Origin: Coprobacillaceae bacterium
GTDB lineage: Bacteria > Bacillota_I > Bacilli_A > Erysipelotrichales > Coprobacillaceae
Reading direction: 5' to 3'
Length of the DNA stretch: 32,000 bases
Assembly: GCA_963675515.1 (NCBI GenBank)
Contig: OY776328.1
Coordinates: 750,001 to 782,000 of the forward strand
Part shown: one piece after another, positions 10,618-18,975 of the stretch
Numbering within the stretch: position 1 is the stretch's first letter
Layout: every line of letters begins with the position of its first letter
Position numbers and translations under genes: made by a program
The notes under the pieces: generated by a model
Told to the model about the DNA's origin: nothing
Seen by the model: only the letters and a program-made list of their open reading frames with translations
Databases searched by the model: none

Positions 10618-12088
10618 ATTGTTCAGTGATAATATGGTTCTTCAACGAGATGTTGAAATCAATGTTTTTGGCAACTGTGCTCCAGGTGCGACTGTCAGGG
10701 TTTCAGTCCAAAATCAACGACTGAATGCAACCGTCAATGGTGACCGATGGGAGGTAGCCATTGGACCTTTTAAGACCAGTTTTCAAGAGGAAATGGTCAT
10801 CGAATCTGGCGGCCAGACAATCAGGTTGGAAAATGTTGCAATTGGAGATGTCTTCCTTTTGGCTGGTCAATCGAACATCGAGTTCGAGTTTTTCCAATGT
10901 TCATCGTTTGTGGCTGATCTGCCATATTGCAGTAACGATGAGATCCGGTACCTTGAAATCCCCAGAATCGAGTATCAAAAAAATGGACACAACTATCCCG
11001 ATTTAAAAATGGGATCATGGCAGCCTTGCACAAAGGAAACCGCGCCCGGATTTTCAGCTATCGGCTTATATTTCGCCCACTATTTGAACCGGGAAGAAAA
11101 TATTCCGATTGGACTGATTTCCATGAACAAGGGTGGCAGTTCGGCGTCATGCTGGATAAGTCAAAGGTACCTGGAAAAAGATGGACTTGTATATCGGTAT
11201 TACTGGCATAATTATTATAATGATATCCAAAACCAGTCCGATGAGCAGGAAGATGAAGCCCGGCGCAACTACAACAGGATTCTAAGCGAATATTTGGACA
11301 AAGTCCAGGACTACCAGAAGTTAAATCCCGACAAATCACTTAGTGAGCTCAAAAAGGCTGTGGGACACACGCCCTGGCCGCCGCCAAAAGGGAAAAAAGA
11401 CGCTTTCCGCCCGGCTGGCTTATATGAAACTATGTTTTCAAGAATCAAGGACTGCAAGGTCAAAAGCGTTATCTACTACCAGGGTGAAGAAGACACCCGC
11501 AACGGCGAGATATATGACCGGCTGTTGGGTCAACTCATCGATAATTGGCGCGATGATTTCAATTGGCAAGTTCCATTCATCATAGTCGCTTTGCCGGAAT
11601 ACAACGATGACAAGAACGACAAGTGGCCACTGGTCCGGGCCAACCAGGCCAAAGTGTGTGAACAATATCAGGATACCCATCTGGTTGTCAGTCTCAACTG
11701 TGGCGAAGAGTTCAATATCCATCCTCAGGACAAATTGGAACTGGCCTACCGGGTTTTCGCTATGGCCAAAGAAGCATTCTATGATACAAGTTTTATCGGT
11801 CATGCGCCAGTGATTGTCGATAAACACTGGTGCAAGGATGTACTTGTTCTGGAATTTGACCAGGAGATCATAATTGCCGGACCTGTAAAAATATCGGTAG
11901 ACGGTATCGGATGTGAATCTGTGCAAGCTGATGGAAACAGGATTATCATACCTATCAACGTGGATACCCGGACAGTTGGTTACTGTCAAGAAAACTACTG
12001 CAAAAGCAATATCTTCTCAATTGACGGTCTTCCAATAGGGGGATTCATAATTGATTTGGCCGCACTTGATAAGGGCAATCCGATTTAA
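10598..12088 (+). CDS. SASA-family (sialate O-acetylesterase-like) SGNH esterase, no signal peptide
   Basis: N-terminus FSDNMVLQRD...VFG and the catalytic-serine block LLAGQSNIEF are typical of sialate O-acetylesterase-type proteins. I chose the ATG at 10598, 6 nt after GGAG. The track start at 10592 abuts the RBS. The gene overlaps the end of the RpiR gene. Confidence 0.8.
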   Translation: MKLTINELFSDNMVLQRDVEINVFGNCAPGATVRVSVQNQRLNATVNGDRWEVAIGPFKTSFQEEMVIESGGQTIRLENVAIGDVFLLAGQSNIEFEFFQCSSFVADLPYCSNDEIRYLEIPRIEYQKNGHNYPDLKMGSWQPCTKETAPGFSAIGLYFAHYLNREENIPIGLISMNKGGSSASCWISQRYLEKDGLVYRYYWHNYYNDIQNQSDEQEDEARRNYNRILSEYLDKVQDYQKLNPDKSLSELKKAVGHTPWPPPKGKKDAFRPAGLYETMFSRIKDCKVKSVIYYQGEEDTRNGEIYDRLLGQLIDNWRDDFNWQVPFIIVALPEYNDDKNDKWPLVRANQAKVCEQYQDTHLVVSLNCGEEFNIHPQDKLELAYRVFAMAKEAFYDTSFIGHAPVIVDKHWCKDVLVLEFDQEIIIAGPVKISVDGIGCESVQADGNRIIIPINVDTRTVGYCQENYCKSNIFSIDGLPIGGFIIDLAALDKGNPI

Positions 12089-12120
12089 TGGCAAACTTAT
12101 CTTTTAATCGGGCCGATTTG

Positions 12121-12129
12121 TGTTATAAT
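12121..12129 (+). promoter_or_regulatory. extended -10 promoter element upstream of the PRK-like kinase gene
   Basis: TGtTATAAT at 12121-12129. A 13-bp palindrome AATCGGgCCGATT lies immediately upstream at 12106-12118. Confidence 0.4.
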
Positions 12130-12185
12130 TGTGACATATGACTTCATTGTCTTGGTGCAACATAATTTCTTAGGGGGATGGGATA

Positions 12186-12998
12186 ATGTTTAAAACGAAG
12201 ATTATAGATGAACAATTTCTGGAAGAATATCTGGAGGTCTACGGTCTGCCCGGCAAAATCAAGGGGGATTTTGTGGCAATTTCTCTGGATAACCTGGGGG
12301 AGAAACAAAAGGAGTTGCTGATCAACCTGGCCCATCTGACGCTTATCGAGATTTGCCGCCTGTATGATCTGACCGGCTGTTCTTTGGAGCTGTCGCATGA
12401 GTACTTCCTGATCAAGTACGAGTATCTTCTCTACATGATCCTGTGCGAAAAGATTGAAAATCAGGACTATAACGAATATCTTGCCGTTGCCATAGACGGC
12501 AACTGTTGTTCGGGGAAGACAGCCTTGGCGAAGATACTTGAGGATTTCTTCGACGCCACTGTAATCCATATCGATGACTACTTCCTGCCAAAGGAAAAGT
12601 ACACTTCAAATCTTCAAGATGAAATCGGTGGGAATATCGATGTTGACCGTCTTAAAAGGGAAGTGCTGGATAATGACGAGGTCGTGATAAACAAATTCGA
12701 CTGCCATTCACAGGCCTACACCCATGAAAAGACGGTATCCAAAAAAGGGGTAATCATCTTCGAGGGCACCTTTTCATTGTTGGAAACGATTGCCCGGTAC
12801 ATCGATTACGCGGTCCTGTTGACAATCAGTTCGCCTGACCAGAAAGTCCGCTTGTCCCAAAGGGAAAATCAGGAATCGGTGGCCGATTTCGAAGCCAGAT
12901 GGCTCCCGCAGGAAAGGAAATATCTAAATTTGCTTGACTTTGCCAAAGTGAATTTTTATATAAATAGCCAAAACATAGAAAAGGAGATTGAAGAATGA
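12186..12998 (+). CDS. uridine kinase/phosphoribulokinase (PRK)-family P-loop kinase with an unassigned N-terminal extension of about 95 aa
   Basis: Walker A AIDGNCCSGKTALAK followed by IHIDDYF, which is PRK/Udk-like. Residues 1-95 match nothing I recognise. Confidence 0.6.
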   Translation: MFKTKIIDEQFLEEYLEVYGLPGKIKGDFVAISLDNLGEKQKELLINLAHLTLIEICRLYDLTGCSLELSHEYFLIKYEYLLYMILCEKIENQDYNEYLAVAIDGNCCSGKTALAKILEDFFDATVIHIDDYFLPKEKYTSNLQDEIGGNIDVDRLKREVLDNDEVVINKFDCHSQAYTHEKTVSKKGVIIFEGTFSLLETIARYIDYAVLLTISSPDQKVRLSQRENQESVADFEARWLPQERKYLNLLDFAKVNFYINSQNIEKEIEE

Positions 12999-13891
12999 AG
13001 TATGCAGTAGCAATTGATATCGGGGGAACCAATTCCAGGGTCGCCCTGATTGACGGAGAATACAATATTATCGAGCGGGTACAGTTCCCGACATTGGCAT
13101 CGGATCCTGATGGCACAATCGCGAGAATCGTTGAGACGATCAAGGGATTCGATGTGGAAGTCCAAGGGATCGGGCTATCTTGCCCGGGACCGCTGGATCT
13201 GCTTAACGGGGTTGTTCTGGATACGCCAAACCTCCACGGGCCTTGGCACAACTACAAGATTGAAAAGGCGTTGGCTTCTGCCACCAAACTTCCTGTTTAT
13301 CTTCAAAACGACGCCAACCTGGCGGCATTGGCCGAAGCGGTGATCGGACTTGGGAAAGACAAACGATTTGTCCAGTTCCTTACCATCTCGACCGGACTGG
13401 GTTCGGGTCAGGTAATCGACAAGGAAATCTACATCGGAGCTCATGGCTACGCCCACGAAATCGCGAACATGATTCTCTGGCGTGACGGACCTCAGCATGG
13501 TTCGATTCTTCCAGGCGGTATCGAAGCGATCTGTTCAGGTACGGCGATTGTCAACCGCGCACTGGCAGCCGGACTTCAAGTCAAACATGCCGGTGAAGTT
13601 AATGACCTGGCAGTCCAAGGCAACAAGGCAGCCAGCACCATCATGGATGACGCCAAGGAATATCTTGCCAACGGAATCGCGACATTGATCGCAATCACCG
13701 ATCCGGAAATCATCATCCTGGGTGGTTCGGTGGCTATCAAGATCGACGGCTTCGTTGAAGAGGTGGAACGCAAGGTCAAAGCCAAAATCTTCCCGGGACT
13801 TAAGGACAAGATCAGCGTCGTGAAATCAAACCTTTCCGAAGACAGCGGTCTGCTGGGAGGCGCTTGTCTTGTTTTCACCAAAGCTGCATAA
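12995..13891 (+). CDS. ROK-family-like sugar kinase (atypical, zinc motif absent)
   Basis: N-terminal ATPase motif AIDIGGTNSRVALID and the block ISTGLGSGQV...GAHGYAHEIANM align to the ROK signature. The CxCGxxGCxE block is not visible. The start overlaps the upstream stop (ATGA). Confidence 0.7.
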   Translation: MKYAVAIDIGGTNSRVALIDGEYNIIERVQFPTLASDPDGTIARIVETIKGFDVEVQGIGLSCPGPLDLLNGVVLDTPNLHGPWHNYKIEKALASATKLPVYLQNDANLAALAEAVIGLGKDKRFVQFLTISTGLGSGQVIDKEIYIGAHGYAHEIANMILWRDGPQHGSILPGGIEAICSGTAIVNRALAAGLQVKHAGEVNDLAVQGNKAASTIMDDAKEYLANGIATLIAITDPEIIILGGSVAIKIDGFVEEVERKVKAKIFPGLKDKISVVKSNLSEDSGLLGGACLVFTKAA

Positions 13892-13912
13892 TTAACCGTA
13901 ATGAAAACGCAG

Positions 13913-13946
13913 ATGACTGGATCCATGTGGTTCCGGTCATTTTTTT
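13913..13946 (+). terminator. intrinsic terminator after the ROK gene
   Basis: ATGACTGG (13913-13920) pairs with CCGGTCAT (13933-13940), followed by a run of 7 T. Confidence 0.65.
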
Positions 13947-14000
13947 GACTTCTCCAGTCTGGGTCAAATTTCATTAATATTCCCAATAGGGGTATTGGTG

Positions 14001-14009
14001 TGGTATAAT
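14001..14009 (+). promoter_or_regulatory. extended -10 promoter element upstream of the MFS gene
   Basis: TGgTATAAT at 14001-14009. Confidence 0.4.
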
Positions 14010-14075
14010 TGCATAAACGAAACCGGCCATTTCAGGAGCTTGTCTGTAATTTTGGCCATAAAGCGGGGGGATATT

Positions 14076-15368
14076 ATGATCAAATATTTAGGAGCGAAGC
14101 TGGGTTTTTCCAGGGAGGAGACCAGCTGGATATTGTATGATGTGGCCAATTCGGAATTCATCCTGATGACAACGACGGTGATTTTTCCGTTGATGATGAG
14201 CCACATTTCCAATGTCAAGGGGTCGATCTATGTTGGGTGGGCGAATACCACCTACGCGCTGATTTTGGCGCTGATTGCTCCGGTGTTGGGAACGATTGCC
14301 GATTATCAGGGATACAAGAAAAGGTTCTTCATTCTGTTTTTGATCTTCGGTCTATCAGGTGCGTTTGTCATGGCTCTTCCCTGGATCAATGACTTCCAGG
14401 CGTTCTTGATCTACATCGTGACGATGATCGGCTATGGTGGAGCTAATGTTTTCTATGACGCATTTCTGGTCGATGTCACCAGCGAATCAAGGCTCAATAA
14501 GATATCATCGGCCGGCTATGGCTGGGGCTATATCGGATCGGTCATCCCATTTTTGCTTTTCATAATTCCATTTGGAGCGGTATCGCTTTTAGGAGGGGAT
14601 AAGCTGTCTTTGCAACTTGGCTCTTTCACGTTGACCTATCGTTTGGCGATGTCAATCTCGATGGTCCTGGCGGTATTGTGGTGGCTGGGATTATCATTCC
14701 CGATGCTAAAAAATGTGAAGCAGAAGTACTACCGCCCGGTCGAAGATCGAGTTGTCGCCAATTCCTTTATAAGGCTTGGCAATACTTTCGGGAACATCAG
14801 GGAACACAAGAATATTTTCATGTTCTGCCTTGCCTATTTCTTCTATATCGATGTGGTCAATTCGGTGATCAAGATGGCGGTAGCCCTGGCGAGCGATATG
14901 GGAATCTCTCCGGTGGCTTCGCTTGGGGTGATCATTGTCGTCCAGTTCGTGGCATTCCCGGCGGCGTTGTTCTATGGCTATCTTGCCAACCGGATCGGAG
15001 ACAAGAAAATGATATTTGCGGGAATTTGCGGTTACTTCATCGTGGTCCTGGTCGGTTCGATGCTTTCCAAGAACCCTGGTCTTATCTGGCTTCTTGGTTT
15101 CATTGTCGGGTTGCTTCAGGGGGGCATCCAGGCGATTTCCAGGTCGTTTTTTGCCAAGCTCATTCCCGACAAGAATGACAGCAGCGAGTATTTCGGGTTC
15201 TTCTCGATCTTTTCAAAGTTTTCGGCAATCCTCGGCCCGCTGTCGATCTCGATTGTCGTGACCCTGACCAACAACCCGGGAGCGTCAATCCTGTCACTGA
15301 TACCTTTACTGGTTATCGGCGGGTCCATCCTGATTTTCGTCAAGGAACCTGAGAAGGAGGTGCAATAA
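14076..15368 (+). CDS. MFS transporter, UMF1 (Atg22-like) family
   Basis: N-terminus EETSWILYDVANSEF is typical of the UMF1 family, and the protein has about 12 hydrophobic spans. I chose the ATG at 14076 after GGGGGG. The track ORF starts at 13995. Confidence 0.75.
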   Translation: MIKYLGAKLGFSREETSWILYDVANSEFILMTTTVIFPLMMSHISNVKGSIYVGWANTTYALILALIAPVLGTIADYQGYKKRFFILFLIFGLSGAFVMALPWINDFQAFLIYIVTMIGYGGANVFYDAFLVDVTSESRLNKISSAGYGWGYIGSVIPFLLFIIPFGAVSLLGGDKLSLQLGSFTLTYRLAMSISMVLAVLWWLGLSFPMLKNVKQKYYRPVEDRVVANSFIRLGNTFGNIREHKNIFMFCLAYFFYIDVVNSVIKMAVALASDMGISPVASLGVIIVVQFVAFPAALFYGYLANRIGDKKMIFAGICGYFIVVLVGSMLSKNPGLIWLLGFIVGLLQGGIQAISRSFFAKLIPDKNDSSEYFGFFSIFSKFSAILGPLSISIVVTLTNNPGASILSLIPLLVIGGSILIFVKEPEKEVQ

Positions 15369-16543
15369 TGGACTTTGCACAGTTGAACACAAAAAAAATA
15401 CTTTTTATCTTCACCTTTATGGTGATGATTGGTGCGGCGGTTTTCAATATCGGCACTGTCGTGAATTACACCCTGGCTTTCATCGAGATTTTCAATCCTT
15501 TCCTTGTCGGACTGGCAATCGCATATTTCATAAATGTCTTCATGGTGATAATTGAAAGATGGCTTAAAGACAGGTTTGGCAAATACCAACGCCTGGTATC
15601 GTTTGGCCTTACCGTCACGATTCTCGTGGCAATTATCGCGTTTGTCCTGTTCAATGTGGTGCCAAATATGGTTGCTTCGATCGGGGAACTAATTGAAAAC
15701 ATCGGAGGCCTGGACGTAACTATCAATGATTTCGTGACTGCCAACCAGGGACTACTTGACAGACTTGGCATCAGGATTCCCGATTTGAACATCGATATGG
15801 ACATGTTTGTGACAACTTTGCAGAACAACTATCAGTTGCTTCTGGGCGGTTTTTCCAGCTACGCAACCAGGGCTATCGGTGGTCTGTCGACCTTCTTTAT
15901 CGGTCTTTTCTTCTCGATCTATCTAATATTGTACAAGGAAAAACTGCTTTTCCAGGCCCGCCGGATGCTTTATGCCCTGCTTGAGGAAAAGAGGGTCGAC
16001 GGAATTCTGGAAATCGCGACACTGGCCAACAAGACGTTTCGAAACTTCATTACCGGACAATGTCTGGAAGCATTGATCCTGGGTGCGATGTTCGCCATAT
16101 CAATGGGCCTTATAGGTCTGCCCTATGCCTTGTTGGTGGGGTCGTTGATATCAGTGATGGCTCTGATTCCAATTGTCGGTGCCTTCATCAGTTTCCTGAT
16201 CGGCTTCTTTTTGATTGTGCTCGTCGATTTCAACCAGGCGCTGATATTCGCCGGTCTCTACCTGGTGTTGCAGCAAATCGAGGGAAATCTGATCTATCCA
16301 AAAGTCGTGGGGAGTTCGGTCGGGCTGCCGTCAATCTGGACATTCGCCTCGGTTGTGGTCGGCGGATCGCTTTTCGGGGTAGTCGGGATGTTTGTGATGA
16401 TTCCGCTTGTCAGTGTGGTCTACGCACTGGTCAGGGGGCATGTCAACAAGCGTCATCTCGCAAAAGATATCGACCCGCGCAAGTTTCGGGGATTGCCGCC
16501 AATGCCGGCTGCCATGGATAACGACGAAAGCGCCGAAACCTGA
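15368..16543 (+). CDS. AI-2E family (PerM/UPF0118) transporter
   Basis: Conserved block LQQIEGNLIYPKVVGSSVGLP in a polytopic protein. The start overlaps the MFS stop (TAATG). Confidence 0.8.
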   Translation: MDFAQLNTKKILFIFTFMVMIGAAVFNIGTVVNYTLAFIEIFNPFLVGLAIAYFINVFMVIIERWLKDRFGKYQRLVSFGLTVTILVAIIAFVLFNVVPNMVASIGELIENIGGLDVTINDFVTANQGLLDRLGIRIPDLNIDMDMFVTTLQNNYQLLLGGFSSYATRAIGGLSTFFIGLFFSIYLILYKEKLLFQARRMLYALLEEKRVDGILEIATLANKTFRNFITGQCLEALILGAMFAISMGLIGLPYALLVGSLISVMALIPIVGAFISFLIGFFLIVLVDFNQALIFAGLYLVLQQIEGNLIYPKVVGSSVGLPSIWTFASVVVGGSLFGVVGMFVMIPLVSVVYALVRGHVNKRHLAKDIDPRKFRGLPPMPAAMDNDESAET

Positions 16544-16578
16544 TTTTTTTAGAATTTGCCTAAAAATAAATAAAATAG

Positions 16579-16607
16579 TTGACAAAGTTCGAATATTTAT
16601 ATAAGAT
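16579..16607 (+). promoter_or_regulatory. promoter of the T-box/aro operon
   Basis: TTGACA (16579-16584), 17 nt, TAAGAT (16602-16607). Confidence 0.5.
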
Positions 16608-16621
16608 AGGCCTATAAATCA

Positions 16622-16866
16622 AATGCGATGATAAGAAGTAGTAATTAACTGGACATTTACAGAGAGTCTTAATGTGGTGGAATAAGATATTTGAAAGGTT
16701 AACGAATTCATCTTGGAGTAGAGTGTTGAACTACAGTAGACATCTCCGGTTATAACCGTTATATTATGTGAGTATGATAGTACTCGAAAAGGTTGGCATA
16801 GTGATGTGTCGATAAACAAAGGTGGTAACGCGATGACTCGCCCTTTACAGGGACGGGTCTTTTTTG
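16622..16866 (+). promoter_or_regulatory. T-box riboswitch leader, Phe (UUC) specifier
   Basis: All T-box hallmarks are present in order. The Stem I base is UGCGAUGA (GA/K-turn). The S-turn is AGUA. The AG box is CAGAGAG. The distal loop is GUGGUGGAA. The specifier loop 3' side is GAA-UUC-A (UUC at 16707-16709) followed by UCUU, which pairs with AAGA. The F-box is CCGUUA. The T-box sequence AAAGGUGGUAACGCG lies at 16818-16832. A terminator follows. The layout parallels B. subtilis glyQS (GAA-GGC-A-CUUC). Confidence 0.85.
16835..16866 (+). terminator. T-box terminator hairpin
   Basis: GACTCGCCCT (16835-16844) pairs with AGGGACGGGTC (16849-16859), followed by TTTTTTGTTT. Confidence 0.75.
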
Positions 16867-16907
16867 TTTAAAAAAAAGAAACCAGAAGAAAGAACAGGAG
16901 AACAATT

Positions 16908-17912
16908 ATGATTATCGTTATGAAAAGCAGCGCAACTCAGGAAGATGTTGCCAAAATCAAAGAGAGTGTTGAATCGAAAGGACTTAGAACTTCCATTGTC
17001 GTAGGAGAGGAACAGACTATCATCGGTCTGATCGGGGACACTACCAAGATCGACCCGCGCTCATTGGAAGTCGTGCCGACTGTGGAAAAGGTGATGTATG
17101 TTTCGGTGCCTTACAAACTGGCCAGCCGTCATTTCCATCCCGAAGACAGCGTGATCGATGTCGCCGGAGTGAAAGTGGGCGGAGGCAATTACTGCTATAT
17201 CGCGGGACCTTGCTCGGTCGAAAGCGAGGAACAGGTCATCGAGATCGCCAAAGCGGTCAAGAAAGCCGGAGCGAACATGCTCCGCGGCGGGGCGTTCAAG
17301 CCACGTACCAGCCCATACGCTTTCCAAGGAATGGGTTCGACAGCTTTGGACATCCTGCTAAAGGCCAAGGAAGTTACCGGATTGCCGATCGTGACCGAGC
17401 TGATGGATGAGTCGCATATCGAGGAATTCGAAGAGAAAGTCGATCTGATCCAGATCGGGGCCCGCAACATGCAAAACTTCTCGCTTTTAAAAGAGCTGGG
17501 TAAAAGAACTACCAAGCCGATCCTTTTGAAACGCGGACTTAGCGCTACTTATGAGGAATGGATCATGTCGGCCGAATACATCATGGCCAACGGAAATCCT
17601 AATGTGATCCTTTGCGAACGCGGAATCCGCACATTCGAAACCTATACAAGAAACACTCTTGACCTGCAGGCGATTCCGGTATTGAAACGGATGACCCACT
17701 TGCCAATCGTGATCGACCCTTCACATGCCGGAGGAAAATACTGGCTGGTTGAACCGATGGCCCAGGCGGCGATGATCGCCGGAGCTGACGGACTGATGAT
17801 CGAAGTCCACAATGATCCTGAATGCGCAATGTGCGATGGGGCCCAATCATTGAAACCGGAAAAATATGAAGCGCTGATGACTAAAATCAAGAAAATCGAA
17901 GAATTGAGGTAA
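16908..17912 (+). CDS. aroF: 3-deoxy-7-phosphoheptulonate (DAHP) synthase, type I-beta with an N-terminal ferredoxin/ACT-like regulatory domain
   Basis: Core motifs GPCSVES, LRGGAFKPRTSPYAFQG, QIGARNMQNF, LLKRG, LCERGIRTFE and VIDPSH. An extra N-terminal domain of about 65 aa is present (MIIVMKSSATQEDV...). Confidence 0.9.
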   Translation: MIIVMKSSATQEDVAKIKESVESKGLRTSIVVGEEQTIIGLIGDTTKIDPRSLEVVPTVEKVMYVSVPYKLASRHFHPEDSVIDVAGVKVGGGNYCYIAGPCSVESEEQVIEIAKAVKKAGANMLRGGAFKPRTSPYAFQGMGSTALDILLKAKEVTGLPIVTELMDESHIEEFEEKVDLIQIGARNMQNFSLLKELGKRTTKPILLKRGLSATYEEWIMSAEYIMANGNPNVILCERGIRTFETYTRNTLDLQAIPVLKRMTHLPIVIDPSHAGGKYWLVEPMAQAAMIAGADGLMIEVHNDPECAMCDGAQSLKPEKYEALMTKIKKIEELR

Positions 17913-17916
17913 TCCC

Positions 17917-18975
17917 ATGGAAATGATTGTGAATCTAGGCAAGGACAGTTATCCTATCGTCATTGAAAAAGGTGTCCTGGACAACTGCCTCGGGCATATC
18001 GCCCGGGTGGAAAAAAACTGCAAAGTCGTCATAATATCAGACGACAACGTTTATCCCCATTATGGACCCAAGCTTGAAAGCCAGCTTAAGGACCATTACC
18101 AGGTCGAATCAATCGTCCTGCCTCATGGTGAAAAGACAAAAGCATACGACAACCTGCTGCCAATCTACAATCAGTTGCTCGATTTGAAAATAACCCGGAC
18201 CGACCTTATCATCGCCTTAGGTGGCGGGGTCATCGGTGATCTGGCCGGTTTTGTTGCGGCTTCATATCTGCGCGGTGTGAAGTTCATCCAGATTCCGACA
18301 TCGTTGCTGGCGCAAGTCGATTCATCGGTCGGGGGCAAGGTCGCAGTCGACCTTCCCAAAGGAAAAAACCTGGTCGGGGCTTTCAACCAGCCCTCTTTGG
18401 TGTTGATCGATCCCAATACCCTGGACACCCTGGATGATCATTTCATCAAGGATGGCATGGGCGAGGTGATCAAGTACGGATGCATCAAGGATGCCGCCCT
18501 GTTCGAGCTTCTCGAAAAGGCGGGCACTTTCGCGAATCTCAAAGAAAATATCGCTAAAGTTATTGAAATATGTGTTAATATTAAGAGAGTTGTAGTTGAA
18601 AACGACCAGTATGATTTCGGGGAACGCATTCTTCTGAATTTCGGACATTCCCTGGCCCACGCACTGGAAGCCCACTGCAATTTTGAGACGTACAGCCATG
18701 GCGAAGCGGTGGCAATCGGAATGTACCAGATCACCCGCCTGGCTGAAAAAAACGGCCAATGCCCTGAAGGCACTGCCAACAGGATCAAGGAAATCCTGAT
18801 CAGCTACGGTCTGCCTTACCGTACCGGTTTGGAAATGAGTGTCCTGAAACCGTACCTGAAATTCGACAAGAAAAATCTGGACAACGGGTTGAAGATTGTG
18901 CTGATCGACAAGATCGGTTCAAGTTTCGTATATAAGACAGATAGTGAATATTTTACAGAAAGTGAGACGTGTTAA
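17917..18975 (+). CDS. aroB: 3-dehydroquinate synthase
   Basis: Motifs IALGGGVIGDLAGFVAA, QIPTSLLAQVDSSVGGK and GHSLAHALE. Confidence 0.9.
   Translation: MEMIVNLGKDSYPIVIEKGVLDNCLGHIARVEKNCKVVIISDDNVYPHYGPKLESQLKDHYQVESIVLPHGEKTKAYDNLLPIYNQLLDLKITRTDLIIALGGGVIGDLAGFVAASYLRGVKFIQIPTSLLAQVDSSVGGKVAVDLPKGKNLVGAFNQPSLVLIDPNTLDTLDDHFIKDGMGEVIKYGCIKDAALFELLEKAGTFANLKENIAKVIEICVNIKRVVVENDQYDFGERILLNFGHSLAHALEAHCNFETYSHGEAVAIGMYQITRLAEKNGQCPEGTANRIKEILISYGLPYRTGLEMSVLKPYLKFDKKNLDNGLKIVLIDKIGSSFVYKTDSEYFTESETC

Noticed and set aside
13899-13914. cre-like (CcpA) sites, for example TGAAAACGCAGATG at about 13901 and TGAAAACGGCTTGA at about 8029
   Set aside because: Each departs from the TGWAANCGNTNWCA consensus at three positions in the 3' half, and neither is well placed relative to a promoter. 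The support is too weak.
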